Below are positions 50,319 to 59,196 of a stretch of 64,000 nucleotides of DNA, piece by piece (the first letter of the stretch is position 1; the number at the start of each line of letters is the position of its first letter). The stretch is from contig OY969706.1 in assembly GCA_963702095.1 (NCBI GenBank), forward strand, positions 2,304,001-2,368,000, in the 5' to 3' direction. Both the position numbers and the translations under genes were made by a program. The notes beneath the pieces are model-generated. The model was not told the origin of the DNA and ran no database searches. It saw only the letters and a program-made list of their open reading frames with translations. The stretch is from Candidatus Bathyarchaeota archaeon. Lineage in GTDB: Archaea > Thermoproteota > Bathyarchaeia > Bathyarchaeales > Bathycorpusculaceae.

Positions 50319-50546
50319 ATAATTAGCACTAACTTTCCTAAAAAAGGGACTACAATAAAATGCAGCTGCGGATCAGAAATCCCAGTTATACCTAACGCAG
50401 AAGCAGTTGGCAACTTCATAGATGCCCACATTGAAGAGCACCGGAGACAACAACCGGACCCCGCCCAAGGTGAAATCGTAGCCAAAGAAGTCCACGACAA
50501 ACTCTTCAAAGCACTCTTCAAAAAAATTGGCAGTGCCCCAACTTAA
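50319..50546 (+). CDS. 75-aa CxCG/His small protein with no ATG/GTG/TTG (ATA or ATT start)
   Basis: GGAGG at 50308-50312, then ATA ATT AGC; reads ...TIKCSCGSEIPVIPNAEAVGNFIDAHIEEH...LFKALFKKIGSAPT; in-frame stop at 50295. Confidence 0.65.
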   Translation: MISTNFPKKGTTIKCSCGSEIPVIPNAEAVGNFIDAHIEEHRRQQPDPAQGEIVAKEVHDKLFKALFKKIGSAPT

Positions 50547-50659
50547 CTTTGACCAGCATGAAATGAATGCTCTTCAGATTACGCCTAAAAAAAGATAAGT
50601 TAAGCATAACAGCGCACAGCCACATTCACTCTTCTCCCATATTCACATCTCTTTGGTTC

Positions 50660-50810
50660 CACAGGGAAACATTTATCGCGTGTGAAGAAAAACGCATATC
50701 ACACCCAAACAGACACAGAAAACGGTTGCAACCCCAAAAAACAACCGCCCCATCAAGCAGTTTTGTGAAAATTAAAAGACTCCAAACACCCAATAAAGAG
50801 AGAAAAATAG
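50660..50810 (+). repeat. Dispersed structured intergenic element family B, copy 2 (more diverged)
   Basis: GCGTGTGAAGAAAAACGCATATCACACC...CCAAAAAACAACCG...GCAGTTTTGTG...ACACCCAATAAAGAGA aligns with the reverse complements of the other two copies. Confidence 0.7.
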
Positions 50811-50830
50811 GGGGACAAGCCCTCGAATCC

Positions 50831-50846
50831 GAAACGCTTATATTTT
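50831..50846 (+). promoter_or_regulatory. BRE/TATA promoter of the aromatic amino acid operon
   Basis: GAAACGCTTATATTTT; TTATAT at 50838-50843 lies about 35 nt upstream of the leader ATG. Confidence 0.6.
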
Positions 50847-50877
50847 CTGTGACCTGAGTGATTGCAGGTTCGAAGCA

Positions 50878-50967
50878 ATGACATCAAAAGAAGCCAAAAG
50901 CAGCATCCGCAAATGGCAGTTTCACAGCTTCGACTACGGCTTTTATTATTACGGTTATTTTCCATAA
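50878..50967 (+). CDS. Aromatic-residue-rich leader peptide (putative attenuation uORF), 29 aa
   Basis: MTSKEAKSSIRKWQFHSFDYGFYYYGYFP: 1 W, 4 F and 5 Y in the last 17 codons; ends 59 nt upstream of the operon's first ATG. Confidence 0.8.
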   Translation: MTSKEAKSSIRKWQFHSFDYGFYYYGYFP

Positions 50968-51005
50968 GCCCAGAACTGACAGATTTTTTGAGATTGGTTC
51001 TGGGC
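50968..51005 (+). promoter_or_regulatory. Leader hairpin (putative attenuator) with U6 in the loop
   Basis: GCCCAGAAC (50968-50976) and GTTCTGGGC (50997-51005) form a perfect 9-bp stem, extendable by 3 pairs (2 G-U). TTTTTT at 50984-50989; SD GGGTGA at 51013-51018. Confidence 0.7.
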
Positions 51006-51026
51006 AGCAAACGGGTGACCTAAAAC

Positions 51027-52271
51027 ATGGCTAAACAACTTCCTAGTCGTAAAATCGTTGTTAAATTCGGCGGATCCAGCCTAGCCGACCACGAACGCAT
51101 GCTAAAAGCAGTCAACTCAGTGGTCACTGAAGCGAAGCGGGGCACAAAAATCGCAGTCGTTGTCTCCGCAATGGGCAAAACCACCGACGTCCTCATGACC
51201 ACAGCAGAAAACACTTCAAACGGCAAACTCCAAAAACACGAACTCGACGACATCCTCTCCATGGGCGAACGCACCAGCGTACGCATCTTCGCCGCCGCAT
51301 TGCGCAACAACGGAGTGGACGCCTGCTACTTCGACCCCACCGACAACCAGTGGCCAATCGTCACCGACGAGGCATTCCAAAACGCCAACCCCAACCTCAA
51401 AGAATGCAACAAAAACATCCATGAATGCATCCTGCCAATCGTCGAAAAAGGAACCATACCCGTCATCGCAGGCTTCGTCGGCAAAACCAAAGACGGCAAA
51501 ATCACCACTTTAGGCAGAGGCGGAAGCGACACTACCGCTTTCCTCTTAGCCGAGGGCATAGGCGCCGACCAAGTCGTCCTCGTCACAGACGCAGACGGCA
51601 TAATGTCGAGTGACCCCAAAATCATCCAAGCACCCAGACGGCTCCAAACCATAGACGTCACCACCTTAGTGGGTTTGGCGGATTCAGGCGCGAAATTCAT
51701 CCATAGCAAAGCACTCAAGTACAAGCCCAAAGACATCGACGTCACAGTCATAAGCAACCAGCATGGCGACTTAAGCCGTGAAGGCACGATAATCACTGGC
51801 GGATTAGCAACAGAGCTTGACGCGGAAATCGCCCACCCCACAGCAGTAGCGGAGATAACTGTGATTGGCAACGGCTTGTCAGCCAACCCGCAGATTATCA
51901 ACCAGATGATTGAAAAAGTCAAAGAAAACACCGTCCTCTTAGGCATGTCGATGAACACTAACTCGATTATCCTCTACGTGCCCCAAACTGAGTCCATCGC
52001 CACATTGTTCAACCAAATCCACCAGATCACAGTCGGCAACAGCGAAACCATCGCGATGGCGGTCAAAAAAGACCTTGTCTTCATCAAAACCAGCGGCGTA
52101 GGCCTAGAAGAAACTCACGGCATCATCGGCAGAATCAGTGAGGATTTACGCCTAAACGGCATAAACATTTCAGGCATCTTAACCATCACGTCGAGTATTC
52201 TGCTTTTTGTAGATTGGAATGAGAAAGAGAAAGCGCTAAAGTTAATTAAAAACGCGCTTAAAACACATTAG
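51027..52271 (+). CDS. lysC: Aspartate kinase with ACT domains
   Basis: VVKFGGSS, VVVSAMGKTTD, SMGERTS and TTLGRGGSDTTA motifs. Confidence 0.9.
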   Translation: MAKQLPSRKIVVKFGGSSLADHERMLKAVNSVVTEAKRGTKIAVVVSAMGKTTDVLMTTAENTSNGKLQKHELDDILSMGERTSVRIFAAALRNNGVDACYFDPTDNQWPIVTDEAFQNANPNLKECNKNIHECILPIVEKGTIPVIAGFVGKTKDGKITTLGRGGSDTTAFLLAEGIGADQVVLVTDADGIMSSDPKIIQAPRRLQTIDVTTLVGLADSGAKFIHSKALKYKPKDIDVTVISNQHGDLSREGTIITGGLATELDAEIAHPTAVAEITVIGNGLSANPQIINQMIEKVKENTVLLGMSMNTNSIILYVPQTESIATLFNQIHQITVGNSETIAMAVKKDLVFIKTSGVGLEETHGIIGRISEDLRLNGINISGILTITSSILLFVDWNEKEKALKLIKNALKTH

Positions 52272-52282
52272 AGGCAAAAATA

Positions 52283-53073
52283 ATGAACGTCGGCAAAACC
52301 CGCAGACTTAAAAAAATCATGCAGAAAGACAACCGCACAGTCATCGTGCCCATGGACCACGGCGTCACCATCGGACCAGTCCAAGGCATCACAGACATGC
52401 AAAAAATAACCAACCAGCTAATCGAAGGCAAAGTAGACGCCATCTTGGTACACAAGGGCATAGCAAAACGCATTGACGTCGACGGCGCAGGCTTAATCGT
52501 TATGCTCTCAGGCGCCTCAAACCTCGGCCCAAACCCCAACGGCAAAGTCCAAGTTTGCAGCGTAGGAGAAGCCCTCCGCTTAGGCGCCGACGCCGTCAGT
52601 GTACACGTAAACATAGGCGCACAGGACGAGGACAAGATGCTGGCAAACCTGGGCAAAGTCAGCGAAGAATGCGAACACTACGGGTTGCCATTGCTGGCGA
52701 TGATGTATCCAAGGGGCCCAAAATCCAAAACGAACACGACCCTGAAGTGGTGGCACACGCTGCCCGAATCGGCGCTGAACTGGGAGCAGATATAATAAAA
52801 ACCAACTACACAGGCAATATTGAAACTTTTAGGGTAGTTACAGAAAGCTGCCCAGCCCCAGTGGTCATCGCAGGGGGACCAAAATGCAAGTCTCTCCAAG
52901 AAGTGCTCCAAACCACCCACGACGCCCTCCAAGGAGGAGCTGCGGGTCTCTCGATTGGACGCAATGTGTTCCAATGTGAAAACCCAACCCAGATTTCAAG
53001 GGCGCTCTCAGCCATCGTCCATGAAGGCACCTCAATTGAGAAGGCAATGAAAATTCTCGGTGACAAACGTTGA
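52283..53073 (+). CDS. aroA': 2-amino-3,7-dideoxy-D-threo-hept-6-ulosonate (ADH) synthase, class I aldolase (frameshift in A-run 52720-52723)
   Basis: [20 protein letters not shown] and MMYPRG, then in the shifted frame [19 protein letters not shown] and GRNVFQ; adjacent to DHQ synthase II. Confidence 0.88.
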
Positions 53074-54110
53074 AGGAACTCTGGCTAGAAATCAATCCAG
53101 CCGCTTCGGCTCAAGAAAAAGAAGCCCTACTTAGCCTTGCCCACGAAAACGCTGTCGTAGTCTTGGAGAATGGCAACGCCAGTGGCTCCTCTGGCAAACT
53201 GGACATAACTTTTCTAGCCGACCTCAACGAGAAAAAAATTGCCCAACTCAAAAAAGAAGGCAAAAAAAACGTTTACCAAGTTACCATAAAAGGCAAAGAC
53301 GACGAAAACCGAGCTGCCACAGCCGCGGAACTCGGCGTCGACTACGTAATCATCAACTGCCAAGATTGGCGCGTCATCCCACTCGAGAACCTCATCGCCA
53401 AGGGCAGAGGCAAAAGCAAACTCATCGCCGAAGTATCAACAGCCGACGACGCCAAAGTCGTGTTGGAAGCCCTCGAGTTGGGCACAGACGGCGTCTTGCT
53501 CCAAACCGCCAATTCGGCTGAACTCGAAAAAACCATCAAAATCATCAAGAACCAAATGCCCAAGATAGCACTGACAACCGCCAAAATTCTCTCTGTTAGA
53601 CCAATCGGTTCAGGCGCACGTGTCTGCGTGGACACGGTGGATTTGATGGTGCCCGGCGAAGGCATGCTAGTCGGCTGCCAATCAGCGGGCTTCTTCCTCG
53701 TCGAAGCAGAGGTCAGTGAAAACCCCTACGTGCAATCGCGTCCTTTCCGCGTAAACGCAGGGCCCGCATCGCACTACACCCTGACATCGCTGCAGGGTAC
53801 ACGGTACCTCTCGGAGTTAAAAGCCGGCGACGAAGTCCTAATTGCGACCCGAGAAGGCAAAGTCCGAATCACCAACGTGGGCAGAAGCAAAATCGAGTTC
53901 CGACCGCTAATGCTCATCGAAGCCCAAGCAGGCGAAACCAAAATCAAAACCATTCTCCAAAACGCCGAAACCATCCGGGTCGTCACTCCCAGCGCGTCTA
54001 AACCCGTAACTGAACTCAAAGCGGGCGATGAGGTGCTGGTGCATTTGGCGGCGAAGGGCGGCAGGCACTTTGGCATTAGTGTGCCTGAAGAAACGGTGAT
54101 TGAGAAGTGA
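53070..54110 (+). CDS. aroB': 3-dehydroquinate synthase II
   Basis: [32 protein letters not shown] and ILQNAETIR motifs. Confidence 0.93.
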   Translation: MKELWLEINPAASAQEKEALLSLAHENAVVVLENGNASGSSGKLDITFLADLNEKKIAQLKKEGKKNVYQVTIKGKDDENRAATAAELGVDYVIINCQDWRVIPLENLIAKGRGKSKLIAEVSTADDAKVVLEALELGTDGVLLQTANSAELEKTIKIIKNQMPKIALTTAKILSVRPIGSGARVCVDTVDLMVPGEGMLVGCQSAGFFLVEAEVSENPYVQSRPFRVNAGPASHYTLTSLQGTRYLSELKAGDEVLIATREGKVRITNVGRSKIEFRPLMLIEAQAGETKIKTILQNAETIRVVTPSASKPVTELKAGDEVLVHLAAKGGRHFGISVPEETVIEK

Positions 54111-54793
54111 GCCTGAGAATCTGCGTTTCTATTCGCCCCAAAAACATGGCAGACGCACGCAACCTCATCGCCAAAGCTGAAGATGCGGGGGCTGATTTTG
54201 TTGAGGTCCGCATGGATTTTTTAGAGGAAAACAGCAGCCTCAAAGATTTGGCGGCAAACACCAAGCTGCCGCTTATAGCCACCAACAAGCTTCAGAGCGA
54301 AAACGGCTACTTCACAGGCACCGAAGCACAGAGGCTGCAAACCCTGCTGGATGCAGCGAAAAGCGGCTTCCAATACGTCGACGTTGAATACACCAGCTCA
54401 AAACGCGTGGAAACCGTCGCTAAAATCAAGCAACTCGGAGCCAAAGCCGTCGTTTCCTACCACAAATACGATGGAATCCTAAACGCTTCCAGTCTCGAAA
54501 AAATCCTCGACCAGGAAATCGCAGATGGCGCCGACATTTGCAAAATCGTGTTAACCGCCAAGCAATTCGAAGACAACATCCCCGTGCTCAGTTTCGTCTC
54601 GTTCGCTTCCACCAAAGCGAAGCTGGTTTGTTTCTGCATGGGTGAAGCAGGCAAAACCTCTAGGTTGCTCTCTCCCGCTTTAGGCGCTTATTTCACTTTC
54701 GCCGCGTTGGACGAGTGCAGCCAGACGGCGGCGGGACAGATGAGTATAAAAGAAATGAAGACCGCTTACAATCTATTAGGGATTGGGCAATGA
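54107..54793 (+). CDS. aroD: Type I 3-dehydroquinate dehydratase
   Basis: ADFVEVRMD, VSYH, ADICK, MGEAGKTSRL and TAAGQ motifs. Confidence 0.92.
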   Translation: MSLRICVSIRPKNMADARNLIAKAEDAGADFVEVRMDFLEENSSLKDLAANTKLPLIATNKLQSENGYFTGTEAQRLQTLLDAAKSGFQYVDVEYTSSKRVETVAKIKQLGAKAVVSYHKYDGILNASSLEKILDQEIADGADICKIVLTAKQFEDNIPVLSFVSFASTKAKLVCFCMGEAGKTSRLLSPALGAYFTFAALDECSQTAAGQMSIKEMKTAYNLLGIGQ

Positions 54794-55659
54794 CTATTTC
54801 AGGCAAAACCAGGGTCTGCGGAGTCATCGGCGACCCCATCGAGCACTCGTTGAGTCCAATCATGCATAACGCCGCTTTTGAAGCGCTGGATCTTGACTAC
54901 GTGTTTTTGGCGTTCAAAGTTAAACCTGCCCACGTAGCAGACGCAGTGGATGGCATGCGGGCGCTAAACATCCGTGGCTTAAACGTCACCATGCCACACA
55001 AAAAAAAGGTGATGGCAAGCTTGGACCGCATAGACCTCTCAGCCCAAATAATCGACTCAGTAAACACCATACTAAACCAGGGAAACCTGCTGTTTGGCTT
55101 CAACACAGACGGTGTCGGCGCAGTCAAGGCACTCAAAGAGAACGGAGTTGAGTTGAAGGGCAGAAAAGTGTTGCTTCTAGGCGCAGGAGGCGCAGCCCGA
55201 GCAATCGCTTATGCAATGGCTAAGGAAGCTGACGAACTCGCAGTGCTCAACCGCACCGTCAAACAAGCCAAAGCCCTCGCCAAACTCATAGAAAAAACCG
55301 CCAACAAAAAAATCGCTTCAGGCTCACTCTCGCCAAGCGACGTGCAAAAGAACCTGCAGGACTCCGACGTCTTAATCAACGCCACCTCCATAGGCATGAA
55401 ACCCCACCCCGAAGAAACCCCTGTTCCGCCGAAACTGCTCCGCTCCAACCTCTCAGTCATGGACATAGTCTACAACCCGTTAGAGACGAAGCTGGCGAAA
55501 GACGCAAAGGCAGCAGGCGCCAAAGTCGTCAGCGGAGTTGAAATGCTCATCTACCAAGGTGCAGCGGCCTTTGATATTTGGACTGGCAAGTCGGCGCCCG
55601 TTGAGGTTATGAGGAAGGCGGTGCTTATGCACCTGCAGCAGAAGGCGAAGGAAGGTTGA
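54790..55659 (+). CDS. aroE: Shikimate dehydrogenase
   Basis: GDPIEHSLSPIMHN, NVTMPHK, NTDG, GAGGAARA and DIVYNP motifs; ATGA overlap with aroD. Confidence 0.95.
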   Translation: MTISGKTRVCGVIGDPIEHSLSPIMHNAAFEALDLDYVFLAFKVKPAHVADAVDGMRALNIRGLNVTMPHKKKVMASLDRIDLSAQIIDSVNTILNQGNLLFGFNTDGVGAVKALKENGVELKGRKVLLLGAGGAARAIAYAMAKEADELAVLNRTVKQAKALAKLIEKTANKKIASGSLSPSDVQKNLQDSDVLINATSIGMKPHPEETPVPPKLLRSNLSVMDIVYNPLETKLAKDAKAAGAKVVSGVEMLIYQGAAAFDIWTGKSAPVEVMRKAVLMHLQQKAKEG

Positions 55660-56525
55660 CTGGGAAAGCTTCGGCAGTAGCGCATGGCGCAGCAACAGTT
55701 GTTAATGCGATTGCACTGGGCAAGGGCGCAGCGTTTGGCGTGGATTTGTGGACTAAAGCAGAGGTCAAATTGACAAGTGAACCCGACTTTTTCGAGGCAG
55801 AAATAACCTCAGATGCAAGTGAGAGTACACTGCTTCTTGAGCAAAGTGTGGCTCGGGTTCTTCAGCGCTTCGGAGTCGAGAAAACTTATGGTGCCAAAGT
55901 CAAAACCACATCCAACATCCCCTCAGCCCGCGGCTTGAAAAGCAGCAGCGTCGCCGCAAACGCAACCGCACTCGCCACAGTAGCTGCCTTGGGCAAAGAA
56001 CTCGGCGACTTAGAAATCGTAAAACTCGGCGTCCAAGCAGCATTCGACGCCAAATGCACCATAACAGGCGCCTTCGACGACGCCTGCGCCTCATACTTCG
56101 GCGGAGCAGTCATAACCGACAACACAAAGAGACTAATCCTCAAGCAATTGCCATTGCCCAACGACTTGGTGGTGCTATTCCATGTGCCGCCCCAAAAAGC
56201 CTACACCATCAACTCAGACGTGACACGCCTACAAACGGTCAAACCCCTTGTGGAGACTGCGTTTGAGAAGGCAATGGAGGGCAAACTTTGGGATGCTTTA
56301 ACGCTTAACGGTTTGGTTTACTCTGCGGCTTCTAATTTGAACCCAGCAATCGCCATTGACGCGTTGGCAGCTGGTGCAGTGGCTGCTGGACTCTGCGGCA
56401 AGGGACCCGCCGTAACCGCCGTAACCACCACTGATAACGTTGATAGAGTCAAAGCTGCGTTGCAGAAGTATGAAGGCATAGTTCTGATGGCACATTTCAA
56501 CAGCGAGAAAGCCAAGGTGGTTTAG
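55656..56525 (+). CDS. aroK: Archaeal (GHMP-type) shikimate kinase
   Basis: GAATVVNAIA, IPSARGLKSSS and TGAFDDACAS motifs. Confidence 0.93.
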   Translation: MTGKASAVAHGAATVVNAIALGKGAAFGVDLWTKAEVKLTSEPDFFEAEITSDASESTLLLEQSVARVLQRFGVEKTYGAKVKTTSNIPSARGLKSSSVAANATALATVAALGKELGDLEIVKLGVQAAFDAKCTITGAFDDACASYFGGAVITDNTKRLILKQLPLPNDLVVLFHVPPQKAYTINSDVTRLQTVKPLVETAFEKAMEGKLWDALTLNGLVYSAASNLNPAIAIDALAAGAVAAGLCGKGPAVTAVTTTDNVDRVKAALQKYEGIVLMAHFNSEKAKVV

Positions 56526-56528
56526 TCT

Positions 56529-57824
56529 ATGGCGGATGTGATTGTGAGGAAAACGGAGCGTTTAGAGGGTGAAGTTGAGGCGCCGCCATCTAAGTCTTAT
56601 ACTCAACGCATGGTTATAGCCGCCGCGCTCTCGGAGGGCACTTCTCTTATCACAAACCCGCTTCACTCAGAAGACACAGAGGCGGCGCTACGGGCAGTCA
56701 CGGCTTTGGGTGCAGGCTTCCGCACTGGAGACGGCTGCTGGCAAATCAAAGGGGCCCAGCCACTCCACGCCGCGGAGGAGCCTATTGACTGCGGTGAGTC
56801 AGGCGCAACCCTGCGCTTCATGATACCCATCGCCGTATTGGCAGATGGACCATCAACACTGCTGTTTAGAGGCTCCCTTGAACGTCGCCCCGTAGACCCC
56901 CTGCTAAATAGCCTCAAAGACCTCGGCGCCGAAGCCCGTGTGGGGAAAGTGGGCGATTTAGACGCGGTTTTTGTGGAGGGCAGAGGCATAGTCGGCGGCG
57001 AAACCTTCATTGCAGGTGACGTTAGCTCCCAGTTCATCTCGGGTTTAATGTTTGCTTGCCCGTTAGCTGATTCCGAAACCGAAATCACGCTTACGTCGCC
57101 GTTGGAGTCGGCGGATTATGTTAAGATGACTGAGGCAGTGCTCTCGAGGCATGCGGTTGTCGTCGGAGTTGAAGAACGTTGCATCGCCATTCCAAGCGGC
57201 CAAACCTACAAGGCTGCAGACGAGGCTGTGCCAGGCGATTTTTCTTCAGTGACTTTTCTTTTGGCAGCAGCAGCCATCACGAACTCCAAGATTACAATCG
57301 CCAATCTCGATTATGAGTCGGTGCAGGGAGACAAAGCCATTTTAACAGTGCTCAAAGGTATGGGTGTTGATGGTAGGGTTTGTCGGGGCAGCGTCGAAAT
57401 CGAAGGCAAGGGTAAGCAGCTCAAACCTATCGATGTTGATGCCCGAAACATCCCCGATCTGGTCCCAGCCATAGCAGTGCTGGCATGCTACGCAGACGGA
57501 ACCTCAAACATCACGGGTGCTAAACGGCTTCGACTCAAAGAATCCGACCGCCTGCTCACCATCTACGAGGAACTAAGCAAAATGGGCGCCAAAATAACCA
57601 TAACAGAAGACAGCCTAATCATCAAAGGCACACCACTCCACGGTGCAACCGTCGACCCCCACAACGACCACCGCATAGCCATGGCAGCAGCCGTAGCCGC
57701 ATTAGGCGCAAAGGGCGAAACAACGATCACAGACTTCGAGTGCATCAGAAAGTCTTATCCGCAGTTCCTCACTCATCTTAAGCAACTAGGAGCTGAAGTT
57801 GTTGGCGGGAAACTCGATAGGTAA
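56529..57824 (+). CDS. aroA: 3-phosphoshikimate 1-carboxyvinyltransferase (EPSP synthase)
   Basis: PPSKS, CGESGATLRF, SSQFISG, RLKESDR and DHRIAMA motifs. Confidence 0.95.
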   Translation: MADVIVRKTERLEGEVEAPPSKSYTQRMVIAAALSEGTSLITNPLHSEDTEAALRAVTALGAGFRTGDGCWQIKGAQPLHAAEEPIDCGESGATLRFMIPIAVLADGPSTLLFRGSLERRPVDPLLNSLKDLGAEARVGKVGDLDAVFVEGRGIVGGETFIAGDVSSQFISGLMFACPLADSETEITLTSPLESADYVKMTEAVLSRHAVVVGVEERCIAIPSGQTYKAADEAVPGDFSSVTFLLAAAAITNSKITIANLDYESVQGDKAILTVLKGMGVDGRVCRGSVEIEGKGKQLKPIDVDARNIPDLVPAIAVLACYADGTSNITGAKRLRLKESDRLLTIYEELSKMGAKITITEDSLIIKGTPLHGATVDPHNDHRIAMAAAVAALGAKGETTITDFECIRKSYPQFLTHLKQLGAEVVGGKLDR

Positions 57825-58905
57825 AGAATTCATGGTAACAACGTTTGGCGAAAGCCATGGCAAAGTCGTCGGCGTAGTCGTCGATGGGTGTCCAGCAGGT
57901 TTGCCGCTTAGCGAAGTAGATTTCCAAGAGGAACTAGACCGCAGGATACCCTCGGAGCCTAAAATCGTGTCAGCCAGAGTGGAGAAAGACACAGCCAAAA
58001 TCTTAAGCGGCGTCTTTGGCGGCTACACCACTGGTGCCCCCATCGCTGTGATGGTTGAGAACAAAGAAACCAAATCAAGCGACTACGACGCCATCAAAGA
58101 CTTGCCCCGCCCCAGCCACTCCGATTACCCCGCCCGCATCCGCTACGGCGGCTTTAACGATTACAGGGGAGGCGGACGCTTCAGTGGGCGTGTCACAGTC
58201 GCGCTAATCATGGCAGGCACCATAGCCAAAAAACTACTGAGCAGATATGACATTGACGTTTTAGCTTACACCAAAACCATCGGGAAAATCCGAAGCGGCA
58301 AAGCGTTTAGTGCCGCGGAAATCCGCAGAAACCGTTTTGCCGCTGCCACAAGGTGCCCCGACTTGGAGTGCGCCGAAAAGATGGAGCAAGCCATCGTAGC
58401 GGCTAAAGAGTCAGGCGACAGCCTCGGCGGAGTCATCGAGTGCATAGCATTCAACATGCCTGCGGGCGTGGGTGAGCCGCTCTTTGACTCATTAGACGCG
58501 GATTTGGCGAAGGCACTATTCAGTGTTCCCGCTGTGAAGGGCGTGGAATTCGGCGCTGGTTTTAAGTCTGCGGAGATGCGGGGCTCAGAAAACAACGATG
58601 CATTCCTTGTCAAAGGTGGAAAGGTGGTGACGGCGACTGAGAATGCAGGCGGCATCTTAGGCGGCTTATCCAGCGGCATGCCCATCGTTATCCGCGTTGC
58701 CGTTAAGCCTACGCCCTCCATTGCAAAGGAGCAGCAAACCGTGAACATGTCGTCGATGGAGAACGCTTCCATAAGCGTTAAGGGCCGCCATGACCCCTGT
58801 GTTGTCCCTAAAGCCGTACCCGCCATAGAAGCGGCGGTCGCAGTAACCTTAGCGGATCACCTGATTCGTTCAGGCGATATTCCAAAAAAGTTAAAGGAGC
58901 AATAA
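57799..58905 (+). CDS. aroC: Chorismate synthase
   Basis: TFGESHG, RPSHSD, GGGRFSGR, KPTPS and GRHDPC motifs. Confidence 0.95.
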   Translation: MLAGNSIGKEFMVTTFGESHGKVVGVVVDGCPAGLPLSEVDFQEELDRRIPSEPKIVSARVEKDTAKILSGVFGGYTTGAPIAVMVENKETKSSDYDAIKDLPRPSHSDYPARIRYGGFNDYRGGGRFSGRVTVALIMAGTIAKKLLSRYDIDVLAYTKTIGKIRSGKAFSAAEIRRNRFAAATRCPDLECAEKMEQAIVAAKESGDSLGGVIECIAFNMPAGVGEPLFDSLDADLAKALFSVPAVKGVEFGAGFKSAEMRGSENNDAFLVKGGKVVTATENAGGILGGLSSGMPIVIRVAVKPTPSIAKEQQTVNMSSMENASISVKGRHDPCVVPKAVPAIEAAVAVTLADHLIRSGDIPKKLKEQ

Positions 58906-58907
58906 AA

Positions 58908-59168
58908 ATGGATGAAATAGATAGTTTGCGTGAAAAAATCAATGCTGTTGACGAGCAAATCCTAAGAGACATAGTTGTGAGAGTAAAAATTTGCCGTGCC
59001 ATCGGCGAGTTAAAGAAGCAACATGGCAAACCCGTTCATGACATTTCCAGAGAGACAGAAGTTTACAATCGCATCAAGGAACGGGCGTTAGTGTTGAAGC
59101 TTGACCCAATTCAAACTGAACGCATCTTCCACGAAATAGTTAATATGTGCAGCAGCGTTCAACAGTAG
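58908..59168 (+). CDS. Chorismate mutase (AroQ type)
   Basis: LREKINAVDEQI...R...IGELKK...D.SRE pattern. Confidence 0.88.
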   Translation: MDEIDSLREKINAVDEQILRDIVVRVKICRAIGELKKQHGKPVHDISRETEVYNRIKERALVLKLDPIQTERIFHEIVNMCSSVQQ

Positions 59169-59196
59169 AGAACTCTCAACGGAGAGGTATTCATAG

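Noticed and set aside
1730-53073. Frameshifts in the propeller gene (2), ABC ATPase, top6B (2), the 32834 gene and aroA' as programmed frameshifting or pseudogenes
   Set aside because: All are isolated single-base indels, several in short homopolymers, and they hit essential genes such as top6B without other decay or slippery-site/pseudoknot patterns. Long-read consensus errors are the simplest explanation; read polishing would settle it.
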